Positions 1 through 14,666 of a DNA stretch of 64,000 nucleotides are shown in pieces. The stretch covers positions 6,386,001 through 6,450,000 of the forward strand of contig NC_043017.1 in the NCBI RefSeq assembly GCF_006345805.1. The letters run 5' to 3'. How positions within the stretch are numbered: the stretch's first letter is position 1; the number at the start of each line of letters is the position of its first letter. The position numbers and the translations under genes are program-made. The notes below the pieces were generated by a model. The model worked only from the letters and a program-made list of their open reading frames with translations. It had not been told where the DNA came from and made no database searches. The DNA is from Octopus sinensis. Its lineage: Eukaryota.

Positions 1-248
1 ATAGATAGATAGATATATATATATAGATAGATAGATATAGATATATATATATAGATAGATAGATAGATATAGATATATATATATATAGATAGATAGATAT
101 AGATATATATATATATAGATAGATAGATATAGATATATATAGATAGATAGATATAGATAGATATAGATATATATATATAGATAGATATAGATATATATAT
201 ATAGATAGATAGATATAGATATATATATAGATAGATAGATAGATATAG

Positions 249-283
<35 letters not shown>

Positions 284-3140
284 TATATAGGCTTCTTTCA
301 GTTACTGTCTACCAAATCCACTCACAAAGATTTGGTTGGCTCGAGGCTATAGTAAAAGACAAAGACATTTGCCCAAAGTGCCATGCAGTGGTACTGAACC
401 CAGAACCATGTGGTTGGGAAGCATGCTTCTTACCCTACAGCCAAGCTAAATGGTAAAGTGTTAAACTCACTAAAATATTTGAAGTGGTTTATATGATTGG
501 AAATATAACTTCAAAGTGTTCACGGTATCATAGTGAGGATCTGATGAAAGACTTTGCAATTATGAAAAAGGAGAAAACTTTTGAAATATAAATAAAGGGG
601 GACTATACGAAAAAAAAAAGAAACATCTTCCATGTTACTATTAGTTTTGTTTCCGTTTGAAAAATAAAAATGTATTTTATGGTTTAGTGTTGTTTATATT
701 TTGAATTATATATATAATAGGGGGGCACCAAATTCTTTTTAAGTACTTTGGGCCTCTGTGGGTCTTAATCCAGCCCTGAGGGCAACAACCTTCAGGTCAC
801 TGACATTCAGGTCTGTCGGGATCCTGTGTATTACAAGTCTAATTTATAAATTTACACTTAAAAAATGAAAAGTGTCAATATTGCAATAATAGTTATGTTG
901 GCCAGACATACATGATCAATTAAAGATGACTTACTATGCATTCACAAAAGCAAGTTATGTGTTTGTTTTTACAAGATTATTACAAAACCAAACTAATTAG
1001 AAATATTCACAGAAAAATACTAAAATACTTGTTAAAATCAATATTAGGAAAAGAACAAGGAAACTAAATCTATCTCTTTTCTTTTTCCTTTACTTAAGTA
1101 GACAGAATTCTATCTTTAATAAATAAATAATTATTCACAGAAAAATAGAAAAAAAAAACTAATTTTATTTAAATAATTATATTTATAATGAAAAAAGTAA
1201 CAAAAAAATTAACACCATAAATACATTTTCTAATTATTAACAAAATTTAAAATTAACAAACTATGGAACTATCTGACTAATTAAGAGAAGAGATTAAACT
1301 CTGTGACCCATTGCTGTAATCTGCACTCTACATAATACAGACCACCATCTGGATACTCCCTTCTCCAACTACAACCAACACTCAACTCTCTAAATATCCT
1401 TCCACTGCCTACACTACAATTTATCGAGATACCCTCTGAATAGTGCTTCCCCTCAAACATAACCTACATTCACCCTCTAATTATTCCTCCATACCATAAC
1501 CTGCACTCCACTCAGGATATTGAACAACATTAAATGTTTCTTCCCTCACCCATAATCTGTACTCAAACACTCATACACCACCACCACTACCGTGGACTAC
1601 ACTCACTCTCTAATTACACCCCATCTCCACCTCCACTCAGTATATCGAGCTACACTCTAAATACTTCTTCCCTTAACCATAAGCTGTACTAAGACACTAA
1701 TAACCCATCACCACCTACCCCATAACCTATACTCACCTTCTAATTAAATTCCACCCCTACTCCATAAACCTACACTCCACCACCTTCTAAATACTCTTTC
1801 CCCCAACCAGAAGTTTTACTCAAACACAAATACCTCATCACCACCTACCCCATAACCTACACTCGCCTAATTATCCTGCCATTATATAAACCAACACAAA
1901 ATCCCCTCCTCCAATGCCTCTTCCCCTCTAAAAATTCCTTGTCTTGCAAGTTAGTTGGTGACCCCACCAGTGCTGGTGCCAAGTAAAAAGCATCCAGTCC
2001 AGACTGTGATGTGGTTGACATTGGAAGGGCATCCAGCTGTAAAAACCATGCCAAAATTGACCTCGGCTGGGCTGGCGCCATGTAAAAAGCACTAAGTCCA
2101 TTCTTTGGAGTGGTTGGTTTTAGGAAGGGCATCCAGCGGTAAAAACCTCCAACAACAGATACAGTAGCCTGGTGAAGTCTTCTACCTGGCCAGCTCCTGA
2201 CAAACCGTCCAACCCATGCCAGCATGGAAGGCAGACGTTATATGATGATCCTGAACATCCTTACTCTTTTCTCTTTTACTTGTTTCAGTCATTTGACTGC
2301 GGCCATGCTGGAGCACCGCCTTTTTAGTGGAGCAACTCGACTCCGGGACTTATTCTTTTTGTAAGCCCAGTACTTATTCTATTGGTCTCTTTTTGCCGAA
2401 CCGCTAAGTGACGGGGACGTAAACACACCAGCATCGGTTGTCAAGCAATGCTAGAGGAACAAACACACACCATCATCATCATCATCGTTTAGCATCCGTT
2501 TTCCATGCTAGCATGGGTTGGACGGTCTACTGGGGTCTGTGAAGCCAGAGGCTTCATCAGGCCCAGTCAAATCTGGCAGTTTTTCTACGGCTGGATGCCC
2601 TTCCTAACGCCAACCACTCCGAGATGTAGGGGTGCTTTTTACGTGCCACCCGCACAGGTGCAGACAGAGCTGGCAAATGGCCACGAACGGATGGTGCTTT
2701 TTATGTGCCACCGGCACGAGGGCCGGCGAGGCTGGCAATATATATATATATATATACGACAGGCTTCTTTCAGTTTCCGTCTACCAAATCCACTCACAAG
2801 GCATTGGTCGGCCCGGGGCTATAGCAGAAGACACTTGCCCAAGATGCCACGCAGTGGGACTGAACCCGGAACCATGTGGTTGGTTAGCAAGCTACTTACC
2901 ACACAGCCACTCCTGCGCCTAGGAAAAAAGAAAAGTTACAAAAACATCTTTTCTCTTGTCTTACAAGTCCGAGAAAGATCGAACAATCTACACAGGTGAT
3001 TTGTTTATAATGATCAAATACCGCTACTAACAAGTCATAACACCACTGTGACCAATACCACAACAACAACAATCACATCAACACTACTACCACCACAACA
3101 TTAACTACAGCAACACCAACACTACCTCATTAACCACATC

Positions 3141-3305
3141 ATAAGCACAGGAGTGGCTGTGTGGTAAGTAGCTTGCTTACCAACCACATGGTTCCGGGTT
3201 CAGTCCCACTGCGTGGCATCTTGGGCAAGTGCCTTCTGCTATAGCCCCGGGCCGACCAAAGCCTTGTGAGTGGATTTGGTAGACAGAAACTGAAAGAAGC
3301 CTGTC

Positions 3306-3342
<37 letters not shown>

Positions 3343-3561
3343 ATGTATATGTTTGTGTGTCTGTGTTTGTCCCCCTAGCATTGCTTGACAACCGATGCTG
3401 GTGTGTTTACGTCCCCGTCACTTAGCGGTTCGGCAAAAGAGACCGATAGAATAAGTACTAGGCCTACAAAGAATAAGTCCTGGGGTTGATTTGCTCGACT
3501 AAAGGCGGTACTCCAGCATGGCTGCAGTCAAATGACTGAAACAAGTAAAAGAGTAAAGAGT
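3141..3561 (+). mobile_element. tRNA-derived SINE family A (CORE-like body, internal (TA)n, (GAGTAAAA)n-like tail)
   Basis: A-box TGGCTGTGTGG, B-box GGTTCAGTCCC. Other + copies: ~10287-10823, 16803-17048, 17741-18140, 21231-21625, 31292-31684, 41866-42280, 43867-44200, 46017-46435, 55490-55886, 58311-58790. Confidence 0.92.
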
Positions 3562-3829
3562 ATCATCAGAACACCGTTGCTCTTATTATTATTATTATAG
3601 TAACACTACCACCAACACGCACCGTTATTACAAAACTGATAGAACGGTAGTACTAACACCTCAACATTGTGATACGAACTACACCACTACCATCCCCGCC
3701 ACTGTATAATGAATGCTCGTATTAGTTAGGTCATTCACCATTTCTTATATAAATGATCACAGTTTTATAAAGAGCCTTTTATATAGAATGATTCTTTTTC
3801 TTTTTATTGATTAGTTATGACTTCCCATC

Positions 3830-4360
3830 ATACAACACCACCACTACCGTAGCCTCTGCTACCATCACTTCCACTACTATCATTGCCACAACCACCATTG
3901 CCATAACCACTGCTACCAGCACTATCATTGCCACCATCAGTTCAACTACCACTACAACCTTAGCTATAACTACTGCTACCATCACTATCACTACCACAAA
4001 TACCTCCACAAACACCACCATCACTGCTACCACAACCACCACCATCACCACCACCATCATAACTATCAACATTACCACTACCATCTTCACACCACAAACA
4101 TCACCATCATCAACCACTACCACCCACCATCACACTACCGTCAACAACTACTACCACCACAACAACCACCGCAACATACCACCACCATCTCAACTACCAT
4201 CACCACTACACTGTAGCCACCACCCTCACCACCATCTCAACTACCATCACCACTACACTGTAGCCACCACCCTCACCACCATCAACTACGACTTCTACCA
4301 CCACTTCCACCACAATTATCACCACCAGAACATACCATCACCACCACTACAACCATGCAA
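3830..4360. repeat. (ACC/ACT/ATC)n trinucleotide tract
   Basis: Produces spurious Thr/His ORFs; similar tracts at 42460-42810, 54540-54765 and 63090-63450. Confidence 0.93.
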
Positions 4361-4749
4361 ACACCCTCTTACTTTATATTTATTTATATTGTTGTTTATT
4401 TCCCATCTCCCCCCGCCCACCACCTCTCTTTTTTTCTTTTTTTTCTTTTTCTTTTTAATTGTTCTTTTAACGAATGGCTCAATTAGACGTTCTGGGAATG
4501 TTTTAGAAATAAAGAGGTTACTTCTACTCTGACTTTTCTGATAACTTCCCGCTCAAAATTTCTCAACTCCAAAAACACTAATTATTATTATTATTATTAT
4601 TTTGGTTTTCGCTTTGGTTGTGGTTGTTGTTGTTGTTATGGTTGTCTGTGATATTTTTGTTTAATTTTTATTTCAGAATTTGGTTTCTTTCTCTTAACTC
4701 TTCTGTTTCTCTCTTTTTTTTTCTCCTTTTCTTCTAGAAAGAAGCATGT

Positions 4750-5125
4750 GAAAGAGATAGGGAGATAGATAGAGTGAAAGAGAGAGAGGAGGGGAGGAAT
4801 TTGCAGGAGTATGGAAGCTTCTGTGTGAGAGACAGGAAGAGCGAGAGAAAGACAGCAAGAGAGAGAGAGAGAGAGAGAGACAGAGACAGGAAGAGAGAGA
4901 GATAGAGACAGGAAGAGAGAGAGATAGAGACAGGAAGAGCGCGAGAGAGAGAGAAAGGTGGAGAGCAGCAAGAGAGAGAGAGGAAACAGGAAGAGAAGAG
5001 AGACAGGGAGAAGAGGAGAGAGAGGGAGAGAGAAGAAAGATACAGAACCGGAAGAGAGAGAGATAAGAGAGAGAGGAGACGAGAGCGAGAGAAGAAAGAG
5101 AGAAAACGGGTAAAGAGCGAGAGAT

Positions 5126-5156
<31 letters not shown>

Positions 5157-5668
5157 TAGTGAGAGAGAGAGAGAACAGCAAGAGAGAGAGAGAGAGACGG
5201 GAAGAGCGAGAGAGGGAGAGAGAGACGGGAAGAGGGAGAGAGAGAGAGGAGAGAGAGAGCGGACAGAAAAGCGAGAGAGAGATGGGAAGAGCGAGAGAGA
5301 GGAAGAGTGAGAGAGGTAAGAAGAGAGAGAGGGGGGAAGAGTGAGAAAGAGAGGAAGAATGAGGGAGGGAGAGAAAGAGAAACAAACTGTGTGAGAGAAA
5401 GAAAGATCACGTTTGTGCAGGGGGTAGAGAGATCGTGTGAGTGTGCAAGAGAGATTGTGTATCAGTGTGTGTATGTGCGTGTATATGATATATATAATAT
5501 ATAACTTTGTTTTAAGCAGCAGAAAATTCAACAAAATCTGTTACTCGTGAGTTTCTCGTTGCTTCATCAGACATTTTTTTGCTATATATATAAATATATA
5601 TATATAGTAGATAGAGAGAGAGAGAGAGAAAGAGTGAGAGAGATTGTGTATCAGTGTGTGTATGTGCG

Positions 5669-5701
<33 letters not shown>

Positions 5702-5882
5702 GTATAGAGAGAGAGAGAGATTGTAAGTGTATGACAGAGAGATGGAGAGGAAGAGAGAGACATTGTGTGAGAGAAAGGAACTGTGTATGAGAGAGAGAGA
5801 TTGTGTGTGCAAGTGAGAGAGAGAGGGGAGAAAAAGAGAGGAATTTGTGTGTGGGAGATAAAGTGACTGTGTATGAGTGTGT

Positions 5883-5917
<35 letters not shown>

Positions 5918-6178
5918 TGTGTGTGTATATGTGAGACAGATGTAGAGAGTGTATGTATAGAAAAGAGAGAGAGACAGAGGGAGAGAAAAGTTGTGTGTGA
6001 GACAGAGAGCATGTGAGAGAGTGTGAAAGATCATGTACGACTATGAAGGAGAGAGAGAGAGAGAGGGAGAGAGAAATTGTGAGAGAGAGAAAGAGACAAA
6101 TTGAATATATGAAGGAGAGAGAGAGAGAGGGAGAGAGAAATTGTGAGAGAGAGAAAGAGACAAATTGAATATATGAAG

Positions 6179-6210
<32 letters not shown>

Positions 6211-6430
6211 CCATGTGTGTGAAAGAGAGATAGATTGCATATATGAGAAAAAGAGAGAGGGAGAGGAAGGGAAAGTGACAGAGATAGAGAGAGGGAGATT
6301 GTGTGAGAGAGAGAGAAAGGGAAAGAGACAGAGATAGATTGTGTGTATGAGGGAGAGAGAGAGAGAGAGAAAGAGGAAGAGACACACAGAGATAGATTGC
6401 GTGTGAGAGGGAGAGAGAGGGATTGCGTGA
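4750..6430. repeat. degenerate (GA)n purine tract
   Basis: About 1.7 kb dominated by GA/GAGA with TA/TG inserts. Confidence 0.95.
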
Positions 6431-7499
6431 GTATCTATGTTAGGGAGATCGTACGTGAGTATGTTTGAGAGTGTGTGTGTGTGTGAACGTGCATGCGCAT
6501 ATGTACGAGAGAGAGTGCGTGTGTGTGTGTGTGTGTGTGGTGTGTGTGTGTGTGTGTGTTTCCTTAAATTGTTTTATTTTACTTTTTAAAATGCTGAAAT
6601 TTTCTTTTTCTCTTTTTCTTTTTTAAATTTTTTTCCCCCTCCCCTTTCTTTTCCCCAATCGAGACTAATTTCCCAATGATACTTTTCAAAATATTGATCA
6701 ATATCAAAGGTTGGTGTTAACTCAACCACTTTAGAGATTTACTTTCACCACCACCACGACCACCACCACCGCCATCAAACACTTTTCTAGAGAATTTTGT
6801 TGTTGTTGTTGTAGTATCCGTATTCTATTCTATTTTATTTTATTTTATATACGTGTGTATATTTTTTTAATTTAAATTTTGCGTTTCACTGACTTAATCA
6901 TTTTATTTGTTCGTTAATGTCTACCGTAATCTTTGATTTGCAATGTAAATGTCCACCAGAGATTTGAAATTCCTTTCAGTAGCGCCAGCACCTCATTCAC
7001 TTAAACAAATTGGCGATGTCGCAGCTGGTTGGCTTGATAAAATGTATTGGCCTCTCTCGCCTTCAAGGTTATACTTTGCTGATGAGCACAATACAAAAGC
7101 TTCACATCTTTTTTTTTACTTGTTTTGGTGATTGAGTTGCGGCCATGCTGGGGCATCGCCCTGAAGGGTGGTAAGTCGAATGAATCGACACCACTACATA
7201 TTTCTGTTTTATTTTTTTTTTAAAGTCTGGTGCTTATTTCATCAGTCTGCGGAGCTGAACTGCAAAAATTTATGGGGCTGTAAACAAACCAACACTGGTT
7301 GTCAAATACAACACACAAAAAGATACACACACAGAGATAGATAGATAGATACACAGATAGACAAATAGAGAGACAAAGAGATAGACAGAGAGATAGACAG
7401 AGAGACAGACAGACAGACAGACAGATAGATAGATCGATCGATAGATAGATAGATAGACAGATAGTTTAAGAAGAGATTTTGAGACAAAAAGCCAGAGTT

Positions 7500-7715
7500 C
7501 TTCCATTCAGCTTGGAGGATAATGCCCCAGGCCACAATTCCATCTTGGTAACCAACTACTGGACAAAGATGGGCACCAAAACAGTCCCACACCCACCTTA
7601 GACTCCAGTCTTTGATCCTGATGACTTTTGATTGTTCCCCAAGCTGAAGAGAACCTTAGAGGCAGTTTTGAAGACACTGAAAATATGAAAGAGGCTACGA
7701 CAAGGGTTCCTGGAT
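7500..7715 (+). pseudogene. mariner transposase relic
   Basis: DNAPGHNS...VPHPP*TPVFDPDDF*LFPKLK is a decayed DNARPH / HPPYSPDLAPxDFxLFPKLK. Confidence 0.75.
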
Positions 7716-8169
7716 TCTTACACTTATAAAAATAGTTCTATGTATATTTATATATCTAGCTCGCTATTAATATATAGTGCTCTTTCTTGTACTCTCTCTC
7801 TCCCCGCCTCTCTACATACATGCATGCAGCTATATGCATGAGATTACACACATAAAAAACACACAAATCAACATACATACACACATACAAAAACACCCTG
7901 TTGTTGATGATGTGGAAGTTCCAATGAAGGAGCCTTGCATCTAGGTTAGCAACCGGCTCTTTCCCTATTGGCAAAAAAATCTTGAAATAAGAATAATGAC
8001 CCCCCCCTCCACACACACACACAAATGAGTGGACAAATGAAAGGAAGAGGCACTCAACACATTTAGAAGGATTTACATGTATTATTTAAAACAGCTTGAT
8101 TCAGCTCCATGTGACCTCTGTTCAAAGCCTGCGAAACTAAGCTGAATGGAGCCAAATCTGATTCAAATA

Positions 8170-8639
8170 CATGATACATACATATATACAGATATATATA
8201 TATATGATATACATATATATACATACATACATATATATATATGATATACATATATATACATACATACATATATATATATATATAATATACACAGATATAT
8301 ATATATATGATATACATATATATACATACATACATATATATATATACAGATATTATATATACATATATATATATAATATTACATATATATATATATATAA
8401 CATATATATATACATATATATATATATTATATATATATACAATATATATATTATAATATAGATATATATATATTATATTATATATACAGATATATATATA
8501 TAATATATACATATATATATATACATATATATATATATACATATACATATATATATATACCTATATATATATATATATACATATACATATACATATAATA
8601 TATATATATACATATATTATATATATATATACATATACA

Positions 8640-8671
<32 letters not shown>

Positions 8672-8925
8672 CAGATATATATATATATACATATATATAC
8701 ATATATATACATATATACACATATATATACATATATACACATATATATATATATACATATATATACATATATACACATATATATATATATATACATATAT
8801 ATATACACACATATATATATACATACACACACATATATATACATACACACACATATATATATATACATACATATATATACATATATACACACACACATAT
8901 ATATACATATATACACACACACATA
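8170..8925. repeat. (TA)n/(CA)n compound microsatellite
   Basis: Directly visible; similar tracts at 1-290, 12980-13465, 14090-14775 and 15400-15865. Confidence 0.97.
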
Positions 8926-9316
8926 TGTTAGTTCTTTATTAATAAATATAAATAAATATAACTAACACACACACATTTATATATAAATACTTCCGTATTT
9001 ATATATACTTTTCTATTAATAACATAACTCTCTATCTCTCTCTCTCTCTCTTTCCACATATATACACACACACACACACACTCAATAAAGAAGTTTTAGA
9101 GGTGGTGTTATTGTACAAATAGAAAAAGACAGGCGAGCGTACATACAATGCTAATTTGGGTTATTTCTTTAATCTGAAAAAATCATTAATTATAAACACA
9201 TCTAATTAATAAACACAACTAAATTTAAACTAATGAATGAACAAATATTTTTTTTTTCCTTTCACTATTATTGACATCATCATTATAATCATCACTATCA
9301 TTATTACTATTACAAC

Positions 9317-9356
<40 letters not shown>

Positions 9357-10449
9357 TGTATTGCTCTCCTGGAACCCATTGCAAAGTTCTAATTAAAACA
9401 ATGTCACTTTGACCCCCTTCGACACTAGATTAACTGGTAATATCCAAATGTTCGTTTGCACTAATAATAATAATGATGATGATGATGATAATGATGGCGA
9501 TGATCACATGAAATCACAGAATTGGTAAAAGTCTCTAACCCCCCCCCCCACTACATTCCTGTATTTTGTTTTTGGTTTTTCTCCCACAGTTCTATAATTC
9601 ACACAGAAGACCATTACAGATTTTGATTCCGCCGTCTTTTAATTCAGTCTGAGAGCAGCTGCAATCTTCAGAATGATAACACCCACACACACATTGCAGT
9701 TTGGAAACAGTATGACTGACCACCCCCACCACCACCTTTGCAAATGCTACCACAAACACCCCCACCACCACCACCACTACCATTCCTACTACTGCCAATA
9801 CCGGGAAATCCGTCGGTTACGACAACAAAGGTTTCAGTTGATTCAATTAAAACAACAACCTACTCGCAAGTGGTTGAGTATTCCACAGACATGCGTACCC
9901 TTAACGTAGTTCTCAGGGAGGTATCTTTTATTTATCTTTTGTTTCAGTAATTAGGCTGTGGCCATGCTGGAGCACTGTCTTGACGGGTTTTACACACGCC
10001 AACGGCACAGGTGCCAGTAAGGCGATGCTGGTAACGATCCCGCTCCAATGGTGCCTCCTACATGCCACCGGCATGGAAGCCAGTTAGCCGCACTGGCAAA
10101 GATCATGCTCAGATGGTGCTCTTAGTACCCTACTAGCACAGGGCACAAGTGCCAGTAAGGCGAAGCTGGTAACAATCACACTTAATGGTGTCTTTTATGT
10201 GCCACTGGCACAGAAGCCAGTTAGCCGCTCTGTCAACGATCACACTCGTATGGTGCTCATGCTCGTCACCGAATTTCAATTGTTTTAGGCGCAGGAGTGG
10301 CTGTGTGGTAAGTAGCTTGCTTACCAACCACATGGTTCCGGGTTCAGTCCCACTGCGTGGCATCTTGGGCAAGTGTCTTCTACTATAGCCTCGGGCCAAC
10401 CAATGCCTTGTGAGTGGATTTGGTAGACGGAAACTGAAAGAAGCCTGTC

Positions 10450-10495
<46 letters not shown>

Positions 10496-10931
10496 ATATT
10501 TCGGAATGGTCATATTGCCAGTTTAGCCAATAAATCTTGCACAACAAATATTTAAACGTATATATATTATATATATATATATATATAATATATATATATA
10601 TGTATGTGTGTGTATATGTTTGTGTGTCTGTGTTTGTACCCCCACCATCGCTTGACAACCGATGCTGGTGTCTTTACGTCCCCGTCACTTAGCGGTTTGG
10701 CAAAAAGAGTCCGATAGAATAAGTACTGGGCTTACAAAAGAATAAGTCCCGGGTCGATTTGCTTGACTAAAGGTGGTGCTCCAGCATGGCTGCAGTCAAA
10801 TGACTGAAACAAGTAAAAGAGTAACGAAAGAAACAAATGGAAAACAAGCCAAGCAACATAACGAACGACCCTTCATCAGTTGTCGGCTGTTTCTCTAATC
10901 CGTATTTCCAAAATATCACATATATAAGATA

Positions 10932-11690
10932 CTAGCAGCATAGCCCGGCGTTGCCCGGGTATGTAAGAGCCCCTAGTAGGCAACGACTAATCCCAATCTA
11001 GTTCTTTCCCTCTAGGGAACGAAGGCGCATGTGTAGGTTGCAATGTCTTCTCTTCACTCGAATACTTCTATGTATACGATGTTCCTAGCTGTCTCCCGAC
11101 AGAAAATGTGTTGCATATAAAAAGCTTAGATTCTCAACCCCATGTCGAATTTATTGATTTTTTTCAGAACTGGGGGAACTTTTCAATATTTTCGCTGCGT
11201 TAGTTTTGAATTATGACATTGGGCTATGTGTGTGTCAAGTTTCATCAGAATCGGTTGAAAGCCGTGGTTAGGGTGAGGGTACAACCTTTACAGCCACACA
11301 GACAGACAAACTGCCGTTTATATATATAGAGACTAGCAGTATCGCCCTGCGTTGCTCAGGTTTGTAAGGGAAATAACTATAAAGTATTTTTAGAGAATTA
11401 TAGCCAAAAATTAGCAAAAAAATGAGAGTTAAAAAAGGTCGAGTTGCGTCCCCTAGACAGTCTGTGGTTTGTGTTTCTGATTCTCGACCCCATGTCGAAT
11501 TTATCTATATTTTTCAGAACTGGGGGAACTTTTCAAAATTTTCGCTGCGTTAGTTTTGAATTATGACATTGGGCTATGTGTGTGTCGAGTTTCATCAGAA
11601 TCGGTTGAAAGCCGTGGTTAGGGTGAGGGTACAACCTTTACAGCCACACAGACACACAGACAGACAAACTGCCGTTTATATATATAGAGA
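10932..11690 (-). mobile_element. two head-to-tail non-autonomous Helitrons (10932-11332 and 11333-11690)
   Basis: Each has minus-strand TC..TATATATAAA 5' ends and hairpin+CTAG 3' ends; they share a ~200-bp 5' module. Confidence 0.85.
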
Positions 11691-11799
11691 TAGAGATAAG
11701 ACAGAAACGACACAAGCAGATACAAACAGACAGGGCAATCCTGATACAATGCACCTTAATTTAATATGAATTCAGACAAGTGTTGAGTTATCACAACTT

Positions 11800-11805
11800 T
11801 TTATT
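11800..11805 (-). terminator. candidate polyadenylation signal of PDRG1
   Basis: AATAAA on the minus strand ~190 nt downstream of the stop codon; ATTAAA also at 11760-11765. Confidence 0.55.
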
Positions 11806-11992
11806 CAACATTGTGATTTTTTTGAGTAAAGACATCAGCATGGGATCTTACAGGGTCCTGAATATGGTATTTACAAAGAGGTTTGGAATTACCAGTGGAT
11901 GATTCCATCAACAGTTTGTGTGTGCATAAGCAACAAGAATCAGAAACGATGCACCTTTAAAAGAAGTGTCCTGGGTTCAAAACTTGTGAAAG

Positions 11993-12150
11993 TCAGATGA
12001 GACTTTCAATAGCTTTGATCTCTTGGTTTGAAAGAGGCTTCAAATCGAAACCTGTAAGGGCATCCTGATTTTCCAAGTCCCGTAACTGATTCATCTCAGT
12101 TTTCAAAGTTTTACGAAGAGAATTTATTTCTACGTCCAATTTGTCATAAT
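11993..12150 (-). CDS. PDRG1: PDRG1 last coding exon
   Basis: Strong acceptor tctttcctttcag|, (D)YDKLDVEINSLRKTLKTEMNQLRDLENQDALTGFDLKPLSNQEIKAIESLI*. Matches the PDRG1 C-terminus (LKGFNLNPLNQDELKAL). Spliced product is 127 aa. Confidence 0.92.
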
Positions 12151-13090
12151 CTGAAAGGAAAGAGAAAGACAGGGTGAATAAATTCTACAAGATATTTTGC
12201 ACTTGGCAGAAGTGGAGCTGTGGTGATAAACAAATTTATCTCACAACCCCGTGGCAACCAGAAGAAAGGAGCACAATTGTGAATACAGATGGCCAAAGCA
12301 ATCTCCTTACCTCACAGCCACACACATACATACACACAATGTAAACATGAAGGGATACTCGCAGAAGGAGAGTGGAAAATTTTTCAGACATGAAGTTTAT
12401 TGGAAATTTATATCAGTTCATTAAGTCAACACTGAATTCAGGAACTTTTAGACACAAGAAATTATTATTTGCAATAGTTGAGTGAGAATTCTACAAATTA
12501 GATCTCACATTATTGAGAAGATAGAAAAAAAAAAAAAACGAAAAAAAAAGAAAAAAAAGAAAACAAAAAAAAACTAGAAAAATACTTGTGACTTTTATGA
12601 ATTTAGAGTCTAAAAATAAATCGCAAGATGGTTACGCTAGAAGCATTAAATTTTGGTTATGAAGAAATATTAATTTTCTTATTCTAGTACAAGAAAAAGA
12701 AATTACAAAACTACTGTTTTGACTTTAAGAAATATTATTTTCAGGTTTGAAAAAAAAAATTAGAATTCATGGTGTTTTTTTACTTTTTTTTTTGTGGGAG
12801 TGTGAGAGCATGTGTACGTATGTGAGCGCATCAGTATGCGTGGGAGGGTATCTGTGAGTGCATGTGTCGGAGAGTCCATGCATGTATGTGCAGGTTTGTG
12901 TATGTTTCTGTGAGTGCACATATGCATCAGTATTACAACTGTTTCACTGGTCTAAGCATAAGAGTTTCATAAATACATTACATACACACACACATATATA
13001 TATATATATATGTATGTATAGTTTATATAGATAGATAGATACACATATAATTATATATACATACACACACATATATACACATACAGAGAC

Positions 13091-13133
<43 letters not shown>

Positions 13134-13552
13134 CATATATGTATGCATATATATATATATATATACACATACATATATGTATGCATATATATATACATAT
13201 ATATAGATATGTATGTGTTTACATATATATATACACGTATGTATATGTGTATACATATCTATATATACATGTATAGATATGTATATATAAATACATATAT
13301 GTGTATGTATATATACGTATGCGTGTATATATATATGCATAGATATGTATGTATATATAAATGTGAATATATATGCATATATATATATATATATGCATAT
13401 ATATCTATATATATATATATATATGCATATATATCTATATATATATATATATATATATATGCATAACTACATTTTAAAAAAAATTAGTACTTTTGATATT
13501 ATTTCAAAAACTTAAACATTTACCAAAGTGAATGGAAGTAAATAAACAACAA

Positions 13553-14078
13553 ACACACACACACACACACACAACCAACCAATGAACCAACCCAGAGATA
13601 AAAGAGTTCAAAACCAGAAAAAAAAATAAAGAACAAAGACAAAGTTGAGATAGTGTAAGAGAGGAAATTTTATCTGAAGAATATAAGTGGAATAACCAAT
13701 ATTTATTGACAACAGAGGATTCCCTAGTATTAACAGAAATGTATTAAGAATATCTCCAACAGCTAATCTTCTATGACAAATCTCTGAAATTCAAATCTGT
13801 TCATCCATCCATCCACACACACACACACACCACACACACAACCAACCAATGAACCAACCCAGAGATAAAAGAGTTCAAAACCAGAAAAAAAATAAAGAAC
13901 AAAGACAAAGTTGAGATAGTGTAAGAAGGAAATTTTATCTGAAGAATATAAGTGGAATAACCAATATTTATTGACAACAGAGGATTCCCTAGTATTAACA
14001 GAAATGTATTAAGAATATCTCCAACAGCTAATCTTCTATGACAAATCTCTGAAATTCAAATCTGTTCATCCATCCATC

Positions 14079-14102
<24 letters not shown>
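13553..14102. repeat. near-identical ~275-bp direct tandem duplication bounded by (CA)n
   Basis: AACCAACCAATGAACC...CATCCATCCATCC occurs twice. Confidence 0.92.
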
Positions 14103-14118
<16 letters not shown>

Positions 14119-14254
14119 CAAACATGCACACACACATACACACAAAAGTATAGATGTATCCATTCATATACATATATCCATTTATATATATGTATCTACC
14201 CACACACACAAATAGATATATTCATCTGTGTGAGTATGATTATGTATATATATA

Positions 14255-14301
<47 letters not shown>

Positions 14302-14400
14302 GACGGATATATTTATATACACACACACACATACAGATGTGATATATATATACACACCACACACAGATGGATATATATATATACACACACACACATGGAT

Positions 14401-14439
<39 letters not shown>

Positions 14440-14621
14440 CACATACATACAGATGGAGATATATATATACACACACACATACAGATGGATATATATATAC
14501 ATACAGATGGATATATATATATACACACAAACACATACAGATGGATATATATATATATATACACACACACACATACAGATGGATATATATATATATATAT
14601 ACATACACGCTTACAGATGGA

Positions 14622-14666
<45 letters not shown>

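Noticed and set aside
2505-3381. Recurrent peptide RHLPKMPRSGTEPGTMWLVSKLLTTQP as a gene family
   Set aside because: Antisense translation of SINE family A.
3807-6387. Mucin-like Thr-rich and SL/ER-rich ORFs
   Set aside because: Trinucleotide and GA repeats with no splice or homology support; the same applies to 63014-63574.
9590-9652. Strong plus-strand acceptor (ttttctcccacag) suggesting a terminal exon
   Set aside because: Only short unrecognised peptides follow, and no partner exon was found in the window.
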